From the NCBI GenBank assembly GCA_964187785.1, contig OZ076409.1:65536001-65600000 (forward strand): DNA of 64,000 nt. Reading direction: 5' to 3'. Under the pieces are notes generated by a model. It was not told the origin of the DNA and did not search any database. It was given only the letters and a program-made list of their open reading frames with translations. Source of the DNA: Amphiscolops sp. MND2022 (taxonomy: Eukaryota). Made by a program: the position numbers and the translations under genes. Positions 50,501 through 63,127 of the stretch are shown piece after piece. Position 1 is the stretch's first letter; each line of letters starts with the position of its first letter.

Positions 50501-53500
50501 AAAATACTTACATAATTTTTTTTGCCAAAATTGCACAACGCCGGAAAACCCAAAAGGGACCCCCTGGTTTCGTATTGCCTTGCAAACATTTTCAAGAAAT
50601 TAAGTCCAGTGCGGGATTCGAAATCACAACCTATTGCTTGCAAAGCACGCACGCTGACCACTAGGCCGAGTGAAAAAAATCTGCTTAAAAGTGGACTATT
50701 CGATGCATTCTGTAGTCCGGAAGAAAAACCTGCTATTCTGTCGGGCACATTCTTTTAAAACAACACACGACACCACATCTCAATTTTATAGAAATGCCTC
50801 AGAACTTCCAATTTTTCATACGATTTTCATAAGTGCGATCATTTTGAGAAAACGCCACTGAACTGATCCAAAAGAATACGATTAAACAGGTGTTTCACGT
50901 GGCCACGCCACAACCGGTATGTATTAGACGACAGAAGAGGATAGATGAAACTAAAATATAGACTATAGAAAAAACATGCTCACTTGAAGGGAGTTCAACT
51001 GAGAAGGGGATGATGATTCTATCGATTTTGGTGAGTATGTAGTTGTATGCATGTGAATGGTATACCTGTTGCAGTTGATGACGGCGTGCATGAGGGCAGT
51101 CTTGCCTGTCTGTTCGTCCGTACAGTCAACGTCCACCCCTTTGGCGATGAGGTAGGCCACGATGGGCGTGTGTCCACACTGAGCCGCCACGTGAAGACTG
51201 TTCAAGCCTAGACACAAACACAACTACTACTCTCAGAGAACCTGAAAGTTGGTATCAAACAAAATCCTCACTCACGCACAATTGACACACCCTCTCAGTG
51301 CTGTGTAGTTTCAGCACTATAACTTTCAGGTTGAAACGCCAGATGTCAGGAAACCAATGCAACGGATAGAAAACCACACCATTAGAAAACCCGAAATCGA
51401 TTAAATCGTCAACTTAATGATAGTTTCATCACTAAGATCAGGGTTCGGAAAAAAAACAAGAATAAAAAAAATCTGTTTAAAACGTTTAACATTAATTTTT
51501 TTTGTTCAAAACATGTTCAAAACTCTAGATCTATCACATATACTTCTGACACTAAACTACATAAGAACCGAGTTTACTGCAGTAAGCGAAGACAGAAAGC
51601 AAGTTTGTTGGATTTCTCAATTGAGAGTCGAATTCAGCCAAATTGCCCAAGATTACTTGCTATTTTAGGAACTTGAAAATATCTATAACTGAAATAAAAA
51701 CAATTGAACATGCGACCCCTGACTAAGATTTCACCATCTTTTGCGTATGCAAGCGGTGACTGAGTTTTGCCACCAACGGCGGGTCAAATTCCCTTGCCGA
51801 GTAAAGAAAATCAGATGAAGGACATTCCATCGATGACTTTGTCGTTCATTTTCTCACAAAAACTAAGTGCAAAAGATGAGTCAACTAGTTCGCTACATGC
51901 TTGATGAGTTTATTGACTCATCTCTCTGATGAGTTTTTCACTTGCTGGCATTCATTTTTTGCAGTGCAAGGCAATAAACACAGGACATTTGGCGATAGGT
52001 TCAAGATACATTCAACTTTTGTGGCGAAAAAACTGAAACCTGGTGAAACATTACGACGTTTTCTTTCATCAAAGTGGCCTATCAAGTCTTTTTTTACCGC
52101 GATGTTGCCTTTTTTTCATCCGAACTTTCTGCGCGCCTTTCTTTACTCACTGTACAAACTGCAACAGCTTCAGTGTATGCCATTTAAACATCGCCGGTCA
52201 TGAAGTTAATCAGCTTATATTGTTTCGTCAGAAAGTCTTTCCGTTATAACATCCTTGGAATACAGCCTCAGTATTCCAATGCCCCATAAACCATCATCTT
52301 TAAATCCGGATTACGCTAATAATATTCAGACCATGACTGACCATTGACATCGGCGATGAGTGGATTAGACCCGTAGTGTATCAAGAGTACCGTCATCTGA
52401 AGATGTCCCTGTCTGATGGCCCACTGCAGTGCATTGGTGTTGAGGTCGCCACATATCCTGTCTACCATGGCACCTTTCATTAGCAGGTACCTCACAATCT
52501 GGGTGCGGTTGTTGATGGCTGCCCAATGTAGAAGCGAGATTCCCTCTTTGTCCAGCTGGTTCACTTCAGCCTCCCCTGACTCGATCATCTGTCGGACCAC
52601 ATCGAATTTGCCTACAAACAAAAACGCTATGCACAGTTGCTTCAAAAAGATCTATTGATTGCATATTTTCGGAGAATATACTTGGCCATCAGTCTAACTT
52701 GACCAACAATCATAGATTATGGACGTATACACAACTCAATATATAAGCATTTGAAACTAATAAAGATACAAACCACCGATTTTGACGACTTTTTTTTAGT
52801 CGCGAAGAACACGCAATACTAAAATGCACCACTTGGTATGCTAGTACGGTCTTGTAACCAATTCCAGTTCCCTTATGCATTTTGTGACACTTGGGAAAGA
52901 CTTTTCCAAATAGAGAAAACGATAGTATTTATGACATTTTGTACTAAATTGGCCCCTTGCGGGGTTTGGACTCTGGCCCTTCCTATATTTGATGCGCTCA
53001 CTTTATAGCTATGCAAAGCTGGATAGCAAGCCATCCAAATTTACCAAAAAAAAAAGATTTCGGGACATTCGGGTCAACTTGGCGGAAAATTTAGTTAATT
53101 TCAACCAATGGCCTTCGAAATCATTTGGTGAAACAAAATTGATTTTCGAATCTGAATTTTGTAGCTAAAAATTGAATGATCTCAAAAAGCAATGTTCAAA
53201 TGGAGCGCAAAAATTTCCAGTTAATCCAGTTCAAGTTGATCCACGAAAGCGTCGGTGCAGAAAATGGCTGTGTACAAAGTGAAACGCACGATTGATATTA
53301 CAATCATTTTTTTAAAGTAAATTTACTCTTCACATTGGATTATTTCTAAAATTACGAATCATAACTTACCAATGATTTTCGCTTTGAATCAGCAGCCCAA
53401 ATAGTTCCAGTTAAGTAATGGAAATGTGACAAAAAAATTGAGTGTACTACTATGGGTTACCAAAATGTTTTGCAAACAAACAACCGAGTGAATTTTTATA

Positions 53501-56283
53501 GATGAGTGAAAAATCGACAGATGATGCTTATTCATATGATAAAAAATTGATAGGACCCTGTGCAGTGCACGATCAATTCATTTACCGGTGATGCTAAAGT
53601 GGAAAAAAATCCGTGACAAAAAGCTGTACTTATTTATGAAACTGCGTAGTTTCAGTTTCCCAAATACATTAAAACTCGTTTAATGCGATAATAGATTCAT
53701 TATTGCGATGCCAAACAAGCTGGGAACCGCCCATGTCAGCTCCCTGCCGAAGGTCCAAACAGATTGTCTAAAATATAGCAAATTTACAGCGCTGAAAAAA
53801 ACCCGAACGCATACCGAAAATTTACGCGAATCACAGTTGCAATGAAAACTGAGAAGTCACCAGCAGTAAAATGCATGATACTGAAGTTACGGAAATTTTG
53901 TTGACTAGTAGATAAAAGTATAAGTTTATGCTGGTATCCGTTACAGGCCAACACTACTGAAAATATCAAAAAACGAAGCAGAGAACATCCATTGAAAAAA
54001 GGTAAAACATCGCAGAGCCAAAAAAGCCGTAGATATTTATCAAGTTAGAGAAAACTCTCATCAGTTCCATATGAAAAAAAAATATGCAAAAGCTCACAAT
54101 TAAGCAAGGTTATCCAAAAATTAATTGAACTAAAAAATTGATTGCAATTTATTGAATGGAAATTCAAGTTTGGATTGTTCATTGAATAATTGGACATGGC
54201 GAATTCTAATTAACTGCATTTGTAAACGTGGGAGGCAATTAACCCAGAAAAAGAGAACAGGAACACGAACTTAATGAACCATATTCGTGTCCTGCACCCA
54301 GATTATGACAAAGAAAACGCTAAACAACCAGTGACCAAATATTTTGTGCCTGCGGCACCAGTCATAACTGCTTCAAATACATTAAGATGGTTGGGCTGAG
54401 TATGTTGGTTCAGGCTCTACATTTTACATATTTCACGCCGAATCAACGGGAACAGAAACAACAAACTGCCAATTTCAGTTAAAAGGGAAATATATAAAGT
54501 AATTGGTGAACTAAAAAGGCTTCATTATAAATCTAAGATGAAGAACGCAGGTCCACGCATCCAGGGGGTGGACTGAGTATGTACTAAATTACTTCCATTC
54601 CCATTTGTCGAGATGCGATGTCAAGAAAATATTTGACCCTTTCGCCAATTAACAGGAAAAGACTTCTTACCGGGAGGCCAAAAGTTGAAAATAAAATATC
54701 TCGTAAATTACGGGTAAGTTGTTTTCGCCGCTTAGTCTTGCAAAACCATATCTTTCAAGTTCTTTCAAACCATATCAAAGTTCAGATTTTGAGCAAAGCG
54801 TTCGAATTGTATGGACAGTTTGAGAAAAATGAAAAGTCGAAAAAATACTTTTTGGCCATTTTGGCTATATTTGTCACATCCCAGTCATACTATTTTGATG
54901 CCATTGCGCACGCAGCAACCCTTGGGTGTAGAATGATTGTGCAAAATTTCATGAAAATAGTATGAACAGTTTTTGTACAATTTAAAATTTTCATTGAAAG
55001 GTCGGGAGAAAAAAGGTACAAAAAAGTAGTCAAAAATTTGAAAAACGTTGTCTGCATCACCAGGGATAATGCAGAGGTTAATCGGGCGATAGCCGATCTG
55101 TGCCATGCAACATATTGGTTGCGCCCCTCATAAACTGATTTTGGCCGTGACAAGATCTAGATCGTCGTTGGCAGACTTTGGATGGTTTCCATTGTTATGG
55201 TGAAACTGCAAACACTAAAAATGGCTTACCAAACTGAAGCCGATACTACTCAATAAAACTCGTTGGTTGAGCATTTTGGACATGAGCTCAAGATTCTTGG
55301 AGTTATCGGCTAACTTCGAAAAATGATGGCCAGTTGCCCAAAAAAAAACATTTCGTCTACTCGACAGATTACTGTACTTAAATCATTAGACGAAACAATT
55401 TCCCACAAGATTACAGTTTGGATTTGCAAGATACACGGATCTTTTTTCGATGCAATAATGACAGGGAATGGCTAGTCAGAATGCAACAAGTACTCAAGTC
55501 TGACATCCCATTTTGTAAAATTGTATCCAGTGAGGAGGCAACACTGACATCATAAGAGAGAAATTATTCGGATTATCGACAAAGCCTTCTTCCAATCAAC
55601 CTTGAGGAGGTTGAACTGTTCCTTAAGGTCAATCACCGTTTCTGGAACGAGCATACAATTGAAGGGCGGACAACATAAAAATCACTGACTCTCAAAACTG
55701 ACTTGCAATTGTTTCAATTATTGATTTCTTGGATTTCCAAAATTCAATTAATTGGTTTTTATTTTCATGACTGTTTTTCACGGCTCCAATTAATCATTGA
55801 ACAGCCGTGCCCTTACGACTCGGAAAACGGTTCTAATTGACACAAAACTCCCAAAATACTTCGAAATGAGTAGATAAAAATTAGCCAAATATCGTGGGTT
55901 GCGAGCAAAAAACAAACACCTATCAACCTGGATGGAAACAGATGGCACAGAACTCGCCAAAGTGTCTCACCGTATTGCGTTGCATAAACGATGTCCATCT
56001 TCTGCGTTGTCTCCGGAACAACTGACCGCTCAGGAGGTGGCATTGGGTAGGCTGGACGATTGAAGGACGGACGTGCAGAAGAACCTCCATCTTCAGGGGC
56101 CAAGAAAGAATTGCAATGCGGCTGCAGCTCTGCATCCATCAGAGGTTCATCTGGAAGATACGATCGACTTTAATTCAATAACTTTTTACAACCAGTTCAC
56201 ACCGCCTTTGATTATTCTCGGACTATAGGCTGTTACTTACTAAAGCATTGAAAATCACCCAATGTACGGCAACTAACAACCAT
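35506..56283 (-). CDS. ZDHHC17: Ankyrin-repeat DHHC palmitoyltransferase, ZDHHC17/ZDHHC13 (HIP14) family
   Basis: Exons (56283-56241, tentative), 56150-55971, 52611-52342, 51207-51066, 50205-50157, 50074-49961, 49887-49753, 48904-48542, 48295-48139, 47654-47571, 41875-41598, 39022-38871 and 35653-35506 join in frame. Motifs: DIVYATQYG, ankyrin repeats ([30 protein letters not shown]), DPGII, RSKHC...[19 protein letters not shown], and C-terminal [11 protein letters not shown]. Length is 686 aa from ATG 56139. Confidence 0.93.
36249..36738 (-). mobile_element. HINE family A with tRNA-like cassette
   Basis: AACAAGCCGGGAACGGCCCAAGTCGGCGCC ... GACTCGAACC ... GCGCTGACTAAAAA. The reverse complement closely resembles 3218-3569. 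Confidence 0.75.
39397..40725 (+). mobile_element. Ty3/gypsy-like LTR retrotransposon remnant (possible LTR + decayed gag)
   Basis: TG...CA segment ~39397-39719 followed by TGG. Gag-like readings [30 protein letters not shown] and decayed knuckles [18 protein letters not shown]. Interrupted at ~40122-40355 by a repeat. Confidence 0.55.
40913..41585 (-). mobile_element. HINE family A, diverged
   Basis: AACAAGCCGGGACCAGCCCAAGTCAGCACC ... GCGTCGACTAAAA. Confidence 0.65.
42490..46111 (+). CDS. CCDC166: Coiled-coil protein, CCDC166-like (DUF4515 type), nested antisense in a ZDHHC17 intron
   Basis: Exons 42490-42964, 44213-44505 and 45998-46111 are GT-AG and in phase. Lys/Gly-rich N-terminus is followed by a long heptad region. 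The segments [18 protein letters not shown]...[17 protein letters not shown] and [12 protein letters not shown] match my recollection of CCDC166. The symbol is from recall, not from a search. Confidence 0.8.
43121..43292. mobile_element. Degenerate Tc1/pogo-like MITE
   Basis: Imperfect inverted ends ATAGTTGAATCCGCCTAATTCGTATC and GATACGAAGTAACCGGAGTTGATTGTA. Confidence 0.45.
44571..45098. mobile_element. piggyBac-like MITE
   Basis: TTAA flanks and a perfect 10-bp TIR, CCTCGACAGT / ACTGTCGAGG. Confidence 0.8.
48942..49513 (-). mobile_element. HINE family A
   Basis: AACAAGCCGGGAACGGCAAAAGTCGGCGCC ... GCGCCGACTGAAAA. Confidence 0.75.
50251..50434. repeat. 3 x 61-bp tandem repeat
   Basis: Units start at 50251, 50312 and 50373 and are nearly identical. 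Confidence 0.9.
54200..55665 (+). pseudogene. hAT transposase fossil
   Basis: BED-finger-like CIC...[12 protein letters not shown] (~54215-54300), [18 protein letters not shown] (TRW motif, ~55230-55285), and a C-terminal dimerisation-like [20 protein letters not shown] (~55580-55645). Many stops and frameshifts. Confidence 0.65.
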
Positions 56284-56717
56284 GCCGATTTAGGAATACA
56301 CAATTGCTATATCTGCTAAACATACGCATTCTCAGCAAACAAGCCGAGAACGGCCCAAGTCGGTCCCCGCTCAAGGTTCAAACAGGGTAAAGCGTTATAA
56401 CTATCTAAAGGGACACAATTGTGAAAAATCTAGTGAAATTTACAGGAACAACTTTATTCTATGCAATGACTAAAATCTTCAGGTCATCAGTAAAGCTACG
56501 TAAGCGCGGATAGACGAGGCGCTTTTCCGTTTTCTGCAATCTCTGGTCGCCAAGAACATATCCCTGCAACAAAAACGAAGGAGTCCATACGTGGGCCCGA
56601 GAGGCCCAAATTGGAAAACTCTTTACCTTACCTTACCTTACCTTACCTATGTATACTCGTAAAATCCTAACGGCAAGAAAAAGTATTTCCAAGTAAACGT
56701 GTTCGTCATTCTAAGTA

Positions 56718-59700
56718 TGATGATGATGATTTCTTTTACTGCCTACTGTGGGCATTTTAAAGTCCATAGAGGTACTCTGGCTTTGTTTTGACCTCTCTAT
56801 AATTTCTCTGATGCGCTTTCTTCGGAGCCCTTGTTCTTTTTCCAAATTCCATTTGTCTTTATGATAACCAGCTACTTCTGTTTGTCTCTTATTTCTGCTG
56901 CCATAATTTGAGCTTCGGGTTTCTTATAATCTTCTTGCGAATTTTTGCTAATTCTGGATTCCTCGAACAGTTCAAAAGGTCTACTGTAATGTCTGCACGC
57001 CCGTAACCCAGGTTCTCCCAGTTGAATTCATCTAGTTGACGCTTCACATCTTCTTCTACCATTGGATAATCACACAAAATGTGTTCTACAGTCTGAATAT
57101 CTTCCATGCATCGGCATAGGGGCGATTCTACCAGACTTCGTTGCCAAAGAAAATGGTACATTGTATTGTTTTCATAAAATAAACTCATATACAGCACTTC
57201 ATCTAGTCGTGAGGGGTGGGCGGAAGTAGGTCGAAGGAACGGGATCGAAAATCAGAGTTAGTCCTCAGGTCGACATACCAAATTTTTTGAATGGGATCGA
57301 AACAACTCAGATCGAAATTTTTATAACGTAGTCAGATATGTTCACATACCCCTAGTGCCCTGAATGCAGGAGCGAAGCGAAGCGGAGCGACGTGCCATAT
57401 GGCCATGCCTCAATGTTGCTACTTGGCGAAGGGAGCGAAGCGACCGAGCCATACAACAAATACGATGAAATTCGATCGCATTCCTTTCGATCCCTGCAAT
57501 TCGACCAAAAGGTTCGACCTCTGTCCTTTCGACCAGAAAAATTCGACCTATTTACAGCCACCCGTCGTGAGAAGTCCGGTGGAATCGGTACGGGCTCGCA
57601 CGACACCTTTGGGATGTTCGCTTTTCCCTCTAGCGACAACGTTTTGTTTATCGACTCCTGCCACAGAATTTCAGAGTACTTTGCTATAAGACTTCTGTCG
57701 TATGAGTAACAGTTCGAGCTAAGGTAGACCAATCGACTCAGGTTACGTTTTTGCTCCTCCATTAGACTGTGTTCGATTTCAGTAAAACACTCCGGCGTTC
57801 GGTTCTTTTCCACTCCAGAAAGCGAACCACGTCTTTCAAATCTTTTGCGATTGTTGATCCTGGGCAGCCACTCAATTTTTTTGTTATGTAGTCCATGTAC
57901 ACGTCGTTTTTGGAAACCCCGCTCTGTTGAAATGTTTTCAGGTAGTGTTTAATAGAGTTCATCTTGTTCCAGATCGACAGCGGTGGTAGACCTGTAATAA
58001 CCTCTGCAATGGATTGGTTTACATTGTAAATTGCCCCAATGGATCGCTTCAACATTTCGTACCAGATACCATTTATCGACCGAATGTTCTTGGTTGTCAT
58101 CCATACTATACCCCCATAGAGAAGAATCGGAAGAAACGTAGTTGTAATGAGTTTCACTATGACTTGGTGATTGAGACCATTGGTCATGCTCGTTAATCTG
58201 GTAATCATCTGTTGCACATTTTCTTCGCCATTTTACAGCTGTGATCTTCGAAAGATAGTTTATTGTCGGTGAAGACTCCCAATACTTTTGTTGCTGAGGT
58301 AAATTGTATACTATTGCTCCCAAGAGGTATTGGATACAACTGTTGTTGTTGTTTTGCCGCCGGTGAAAAATGAATGAGTTCTGTTTTGTCCTTCTGACAG
58401 TTTATCACCATTCTCCACCGTTTCGTCCATACATCGATAGCGTTCATCGCAATCTTCATTTCTGACATTGCCTCTCCCAACTTGTTTCCCGAAACTTTGA
58501 CTGTTCCGTCGTCAGCGAATTTGTATATGGCTATGTTATTCCGATCATCGAAACTTTCCTCAAAATCATGTAAGAAGAACTTGAAGAGAATTGGAGATAT
58601 CACTGATCCTTGTGGGAGCCCGTATTCCCCACATTCTCGGTTTGGGCCCTTCATTTCGTTTACTTGCAGCTGTATCTCCCTATTGTTCATGAAGCTGTCC
58701 AAGAGGTTCATAAACTTCCACGTCACTCCTTTTCCCCACAACTTGACAGCTAAGCCCTTCTTCCATACCGAGTCATAGGCCTTCTCGAAGTCGATGAAGA
58801 AGCATACCGTCTCCCTTTTGCTTTGTTTCTCGTCCTTTATCTGATTCACTAACCTGTTAAGATACCGGATAGTGTTTTTGTTCTTGGAGAACCCTTCTTG
58901 ATTTTTGTCCCACACATTGACTCGATTTAAGTGTTTGGCTAATCGTTGCGTTAATATTTTCTCAAGCACTTTTCCAATGAAAGGAGTTATTGAAATCGGC
59001 CGTTATGCGCCGGCACTTGCATATGAGGTTTTACCTTCCTTTCTAAGAAATATTATTTTCGCTGCACGCCATACCCATGAGCTTGTTTCGAGGCATCCAT
59101 TGAATAAATGCGTTAGTGCCTGTATAGCATTCGCGCCCAACCTCCTCAGCATCGAGGGATGGAAACCAGCATTATCGAAGCTTTTTGCGTTGCATTTGTA
59201 CTTTTGGAGGGCTCGCGAGACTTCACCTCCTGTTATCGTGTCGTTCAAGTCACTAATAGTTTCTTCTAAGCCTTTAAAGTCATTCAACTTCAGGTCCTCG
59301 TATCGACTATTGGTTTCCATGAAGAAGTCTTCGTCGAAGTCTTTCTCGTTCTGCTTTATGTGTTTTGCTTCGAAAAACGTTTCGAACATTTCGTGTTCAA
59401 TTTCTACATTTCCTGACAGTATTTCTTTCCGGTCGTTCCAGAGTGATTCAATTTGATTGCTTGTATTAGATTTCGTCATACGCTTCAACTGCCTCCAGAA
59501 ACCCTCTGCTTGTGCTCGGTTGAGTTTGGACGTTTCCTGTGACAAGTGATCTTCTAGAGCCTTCTTCCTGATATTCTCAAAAACTTCTTTCCACCTCCTA
59601 TATTCCTCGAGGTTGTTGTCCGTGTTTCTGGTCAGGTAGGATTTTAAAGCTTTCCGCATTTTTCTTGAGATAGCTGAAAGTTCCTCGGTCCAGTACGGTT

Positions 59701-62100
59701 TGGAGTGAGGAGAAATTCGTTTTGTCTGACAATTTCGGGTAGTTGAGGTTTCAATGACCAACCGAAAATTGTCCCACAGCTTGTAGCATTCAGCTTCGTT
59801 TTTCGGTTCTTCGATACCATTTGCTAATTGCTCCTCTGTTTCTGTCGTCCAATTGAACCAATTCATCGATTGAAGATCCAGTTGCTCGACTACATGATTT
59901 GCCTTTCTGGACTTCCTACCAAGGAGGGTTGCCCATACAGGTACGTGTCCCCTCGTCGGTGCACCCGTAGCAAGGTTGGCCAGTTCATCGGTGCAAATGT
60001 TTGTTATCTTGACTGTAAGGTTGCTAGATATCACCATGAAATCGACTTTACTACATCCATTTGCCGCTATGAAGGTTGGCGTTTCTGTTGTACTGATTGT
60101 GAAATCTTCCCAGTTTAGGTTATTCGTCAGAATTTCTCCGTATGTGTTTGTCTTCTCATCCCATGATGTATGTCGAGCGTTGAAGTCCCCCATAGTGATT
60201 ATCCCTTTGCATCCGTGAATTTTCGCCATCTTTTTTGCACATTTCAACATCTTGAGGAATTCCATAACCCCTTTTTCATACCCCAGTTTCAGATACGTAG
60301 TACCAAACAGGAGCCTATTTCCGTCACCCCATTCCAAAACCCCCCATACGGTGTCTATGCTTTTTGATTGCTCGGATATTTCAACCAGTTGTGTGAAGCT
60401 CAGGCCATTCTTGACGAGAATTGCACATCCTTTGTTCTGTTGTTCATTGGTGTCTTGATAAACAGCCATGTTACAGATGTTTGCCTTCTCGAAGGTCCCC
60501 GTTTCTTGCAGGCAAATCAGTCCTGGGTTTCTTTCGAAGATATACTGATTGAGCAAAAGTCGGCTTTTCTCTGAAAATCCACATATGTTGACAGAACATA
60601 TATCACCGCCTGGGGTCACTTTCTCTCTGGACGTGGATTCACCATGCATTCTGCTGATACAAAAATTTTTCATTTTTTCAGTTTAGACTGGACAATCTAT
60701 TGTTCCCGCTTTATGGTTCCCCTTACAGTGATGGCATTAAAACTCTGTTACTGTACATGATCGTGTGTCATGCTTGTCGTCACACTTCCCACATCGAACC
60801 TCTTTAATGCAGTACCGATGCACATGGCCATATTCTTGGCAATTCGCACACTTGATGACTCTGGTCTTCCTTTTATACTCCTCAACTATGTATCTCTGAT
60901 TGTACATACTCAACTTGCTATCTATAGCTTTTTGTAGGCTCTGCCTACTTTTGAAGTCAACCTTCACCATTCCGATAAATTTATTGTCCGTTTTCCTTCT
61001 GAAAAGCTCGCACTGTGCGTTGGGGAAGCTGTCTTGAATTCCTGTTACTATTTCCTCTTCCGTCAGGTCTTCGTATATGTGCTTGACTACACCGCATGTA
61101 TTGATCTCACCCGGGGTTTTCATGCCTTTGTTCCCTCCGAAGAGTTCTTGTGTCCAACCATTTTCCACAGCTTGCGCTGCTTGTTCATCTTCAAATTCAA
61201 AAAGGATTGATCCTCCACTGGTTACTCTGCAGTGCTTTATAATAATTCCCTTGGGTGTTTTGTTGAACTCTCTCCTGATCGCGACACTTGTTCTGATTTC
61301 ATTGTCCATTGGCTTCAGCACTATTCGAGACCGTTTCAATCGTTCCGCTGTTGTTTGTGCTTCCGACACTAAACATTGTTTCGTCAATGTTTTCACCAAA
61401 GGTTTCGGTAGTGCCGTTTGGGGAATTGTTTGTAGCTTTTCTTTGTAGCTTGCGCTCTTCATTGTCTTCTCTATTGTTTCCACTCTTTCTTGCTTTAGGG
61501 CTGCGACATCGATGGCAGGTTCTTTTCCGTCCGTTACGGTTCCCCCTTGCAAGAGTTGCAGAAAAATTTGAAAATCTCCGAGTTGACAAGAAACTCAAAG
61601 ATATCCTCCGGGATTTTTGCGCATTTGGCGTGTACCCACCCTTTGCATTTTTCGCATCCAATCCACTTACTGTCTTGTTGCGCGTTAGCACAATCTCCAC
61701 ACTGATGTTCACTGACCGAGGCCAATCTATTTTTTCGGGTTCTCATTTTGCCTGATTTTAACCGGAGCCCTGACGCGGGTGCTCCCTTGATCTTTTTTCT
61801 TATTTTCCTTTCTTTCTGTCCTCTGCTCTTCTCTTCTTTTCTTTCTGTCCTCTGCTATATTTTCTTCGATCTCTTTTGTTAAATGATATAACGAAGAAAA
61901 AGGAACGAACTAACAATTTTTTGATGGAGTTCAATTGGCAGGCCACCCTCGCAGAACAGTTCCAGATACCAGAGTGTCCAGAAATTTCCCGATTCTCCCG
62001 TCGAGCGAGACGTCTGATCACGGGTTTAGTGATTCCAGTGGAAATTGAACAATCAATAACGTCTCTGAAATTATTTAATAAGTTTATCACAACAATTAGG
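56718..62100 (-). mobile_element. Full-length non-LTR retrotransposon (LINE, APE-RT, PHD + zinc-knuckle ORF1), inactivated
   Basis: TSD CATTCTAAGTA at 56707-56717 and 62101-62111, with an (ATC)n 3' tail. ORF1 has a PHD finger (61534-61746) and CCHC knuckles (60737-61552). ORF2 has an APE domain (NICG, CLQET, GDFNARH, KVDF, GHVPV), an RT domain (DFEKAYDSV, GLPQGSVISP, FADD, KVLGV) and a C-terminal CRC..EHILC. There is an in-frame stop at 59003 (GA*RPIS) and frameshifts near 61550, 58210 and 57800. Confidence 0.93.
57214..57563. mobile_element. MITE with imperfect GGGTGG TIRs and 8-bp TSD, inserted in LINE ORF2
   Basis: TSD GTCGTGAG at 57206-57213 and 57564-57571. Ends are GGGTGGGCGGAAGTAGGTCGAA and TTCGACCTATTTACAGCCACCC. 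Excising it restores the LINE reading DFSR-LDEVLYMSLFYENN. Confidence 0.85.
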
Positions 62101-62111
62101 CATTCTAAGTA

Positions 62112-63125
62112 AGTAGTCAATAAAACCTTAGGAGGCAGCCTCCAATTTCAATGGCTTTCTTGAGAGAGAGAACACTTTCATTGTAAGGGGATAGCTGACA
62201 GCTTACCATAAAATGAGTGTAAATGACTTATGCAAGCATAAGTAGTTTTCTCGAATTTCACAAACAATTTTGAGAAAGAAAGAAAGACACAGGTTTACTT
62301 GAAGCGGAAATCACACCAGGTACTAGCTACTCGGATAGGAAATGCATTTGATTCTTTTTCCGATGAATTTTCAATCGACTTTTGAATACATGTAGGCTCA
62401 TACTTGGATCTCGCATATGCAGCGGTAGTGAGTTTTACTTCAGTGAAGTGTAATGAAAACACGATTAAATCAGAGATTTGAACATAATCAAATGACGTTT
62501 ACTGATTATACCCTTGTTTTTTCTCAACCCATAAGATGACTTGATATTTGAACAAAAAAAAAAGACGCTCTTCAAAGACCAATTCATCTGTTTTTCTAGT
62601 GAGAGCAATAAAGAACAAAATACGAAGAAAAACAGAAGAGAAGAGTCCAGGTGACTCATCACAAGTGCGTAGAAAAGCATAAGTACTCCTGTTGGGAACC
62701 TGTGCTGCACAGTTTCAACACTTTTTATACCGACTGCTATATTTTTAGCACCTTTTTAACTTTTGTTTGGAATCCAAGGTGTTTATCAATGGTTACACCT
62801 CAGTACAGTCAAACTCGGATAAAAGAAACTCATTGGGCGGTGAGAAAAGGGTTTCTTTTATCCATAGTGTCTTTTATCAGTTGTCCTATTAACGTAGAAA
62901 GTTTGACTTGCATAAAACAGGAGGAGTAAAAATCGTTTCTTATATCCTAATGTTTCTTTTATCCGAGTTCGACTGTATTTGCAATGGTCTGACTTCTTCA
63001 CTATGGCGGAGCCTAGAGTAACTCTCTAAGTCTTTGAGGCGTTTATCATTTTTGAAGAAGAAGGTGATGAATTGTTTTATTTGCATTCAAATGCAGTTTA
63101 TTGAGACAAAAGTATTCTTCTAAAT
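62112..63125 (-). mobile_element. Older degenerate CR1/L2-like LINE, 3' RT remnant (its 3' end continues at 56620-56706)
   Basis: Minus-strand decayed reading LEEYFCLNKLHLNANKT...HCKY*GVTIDKHLGFQTKVKKV...LFYALVMSHLD. Sequence continues across the TSD of the younger LINE to a (GGTAA)n tail at ~56622-56647. Confidence 0.65.
62806..62975. mobile_element. Tc1/pogo(Tigger)-like MITE
   Basis: TIRs CAGTCAAACTCGGATAAAAGAAAC and GTTTCTTTTATCCGAGTTCGACTG, flanked by TA on both sides. Confidence 0.85.
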
Positions 63126-63127
63126 TA

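Noticed and set aside
56622..56647. (TTACC)n as a telomeric repeat
   Set aside because: The reverse complement is GGTAA, not TTAGG/TTAGGG. It is better explained as a LINE 3' tail.
58482..61755. Plus-strand ORFs overlapping the LINE
   Set aside because: Antisense shadows of LINE ORF1/ORF2.
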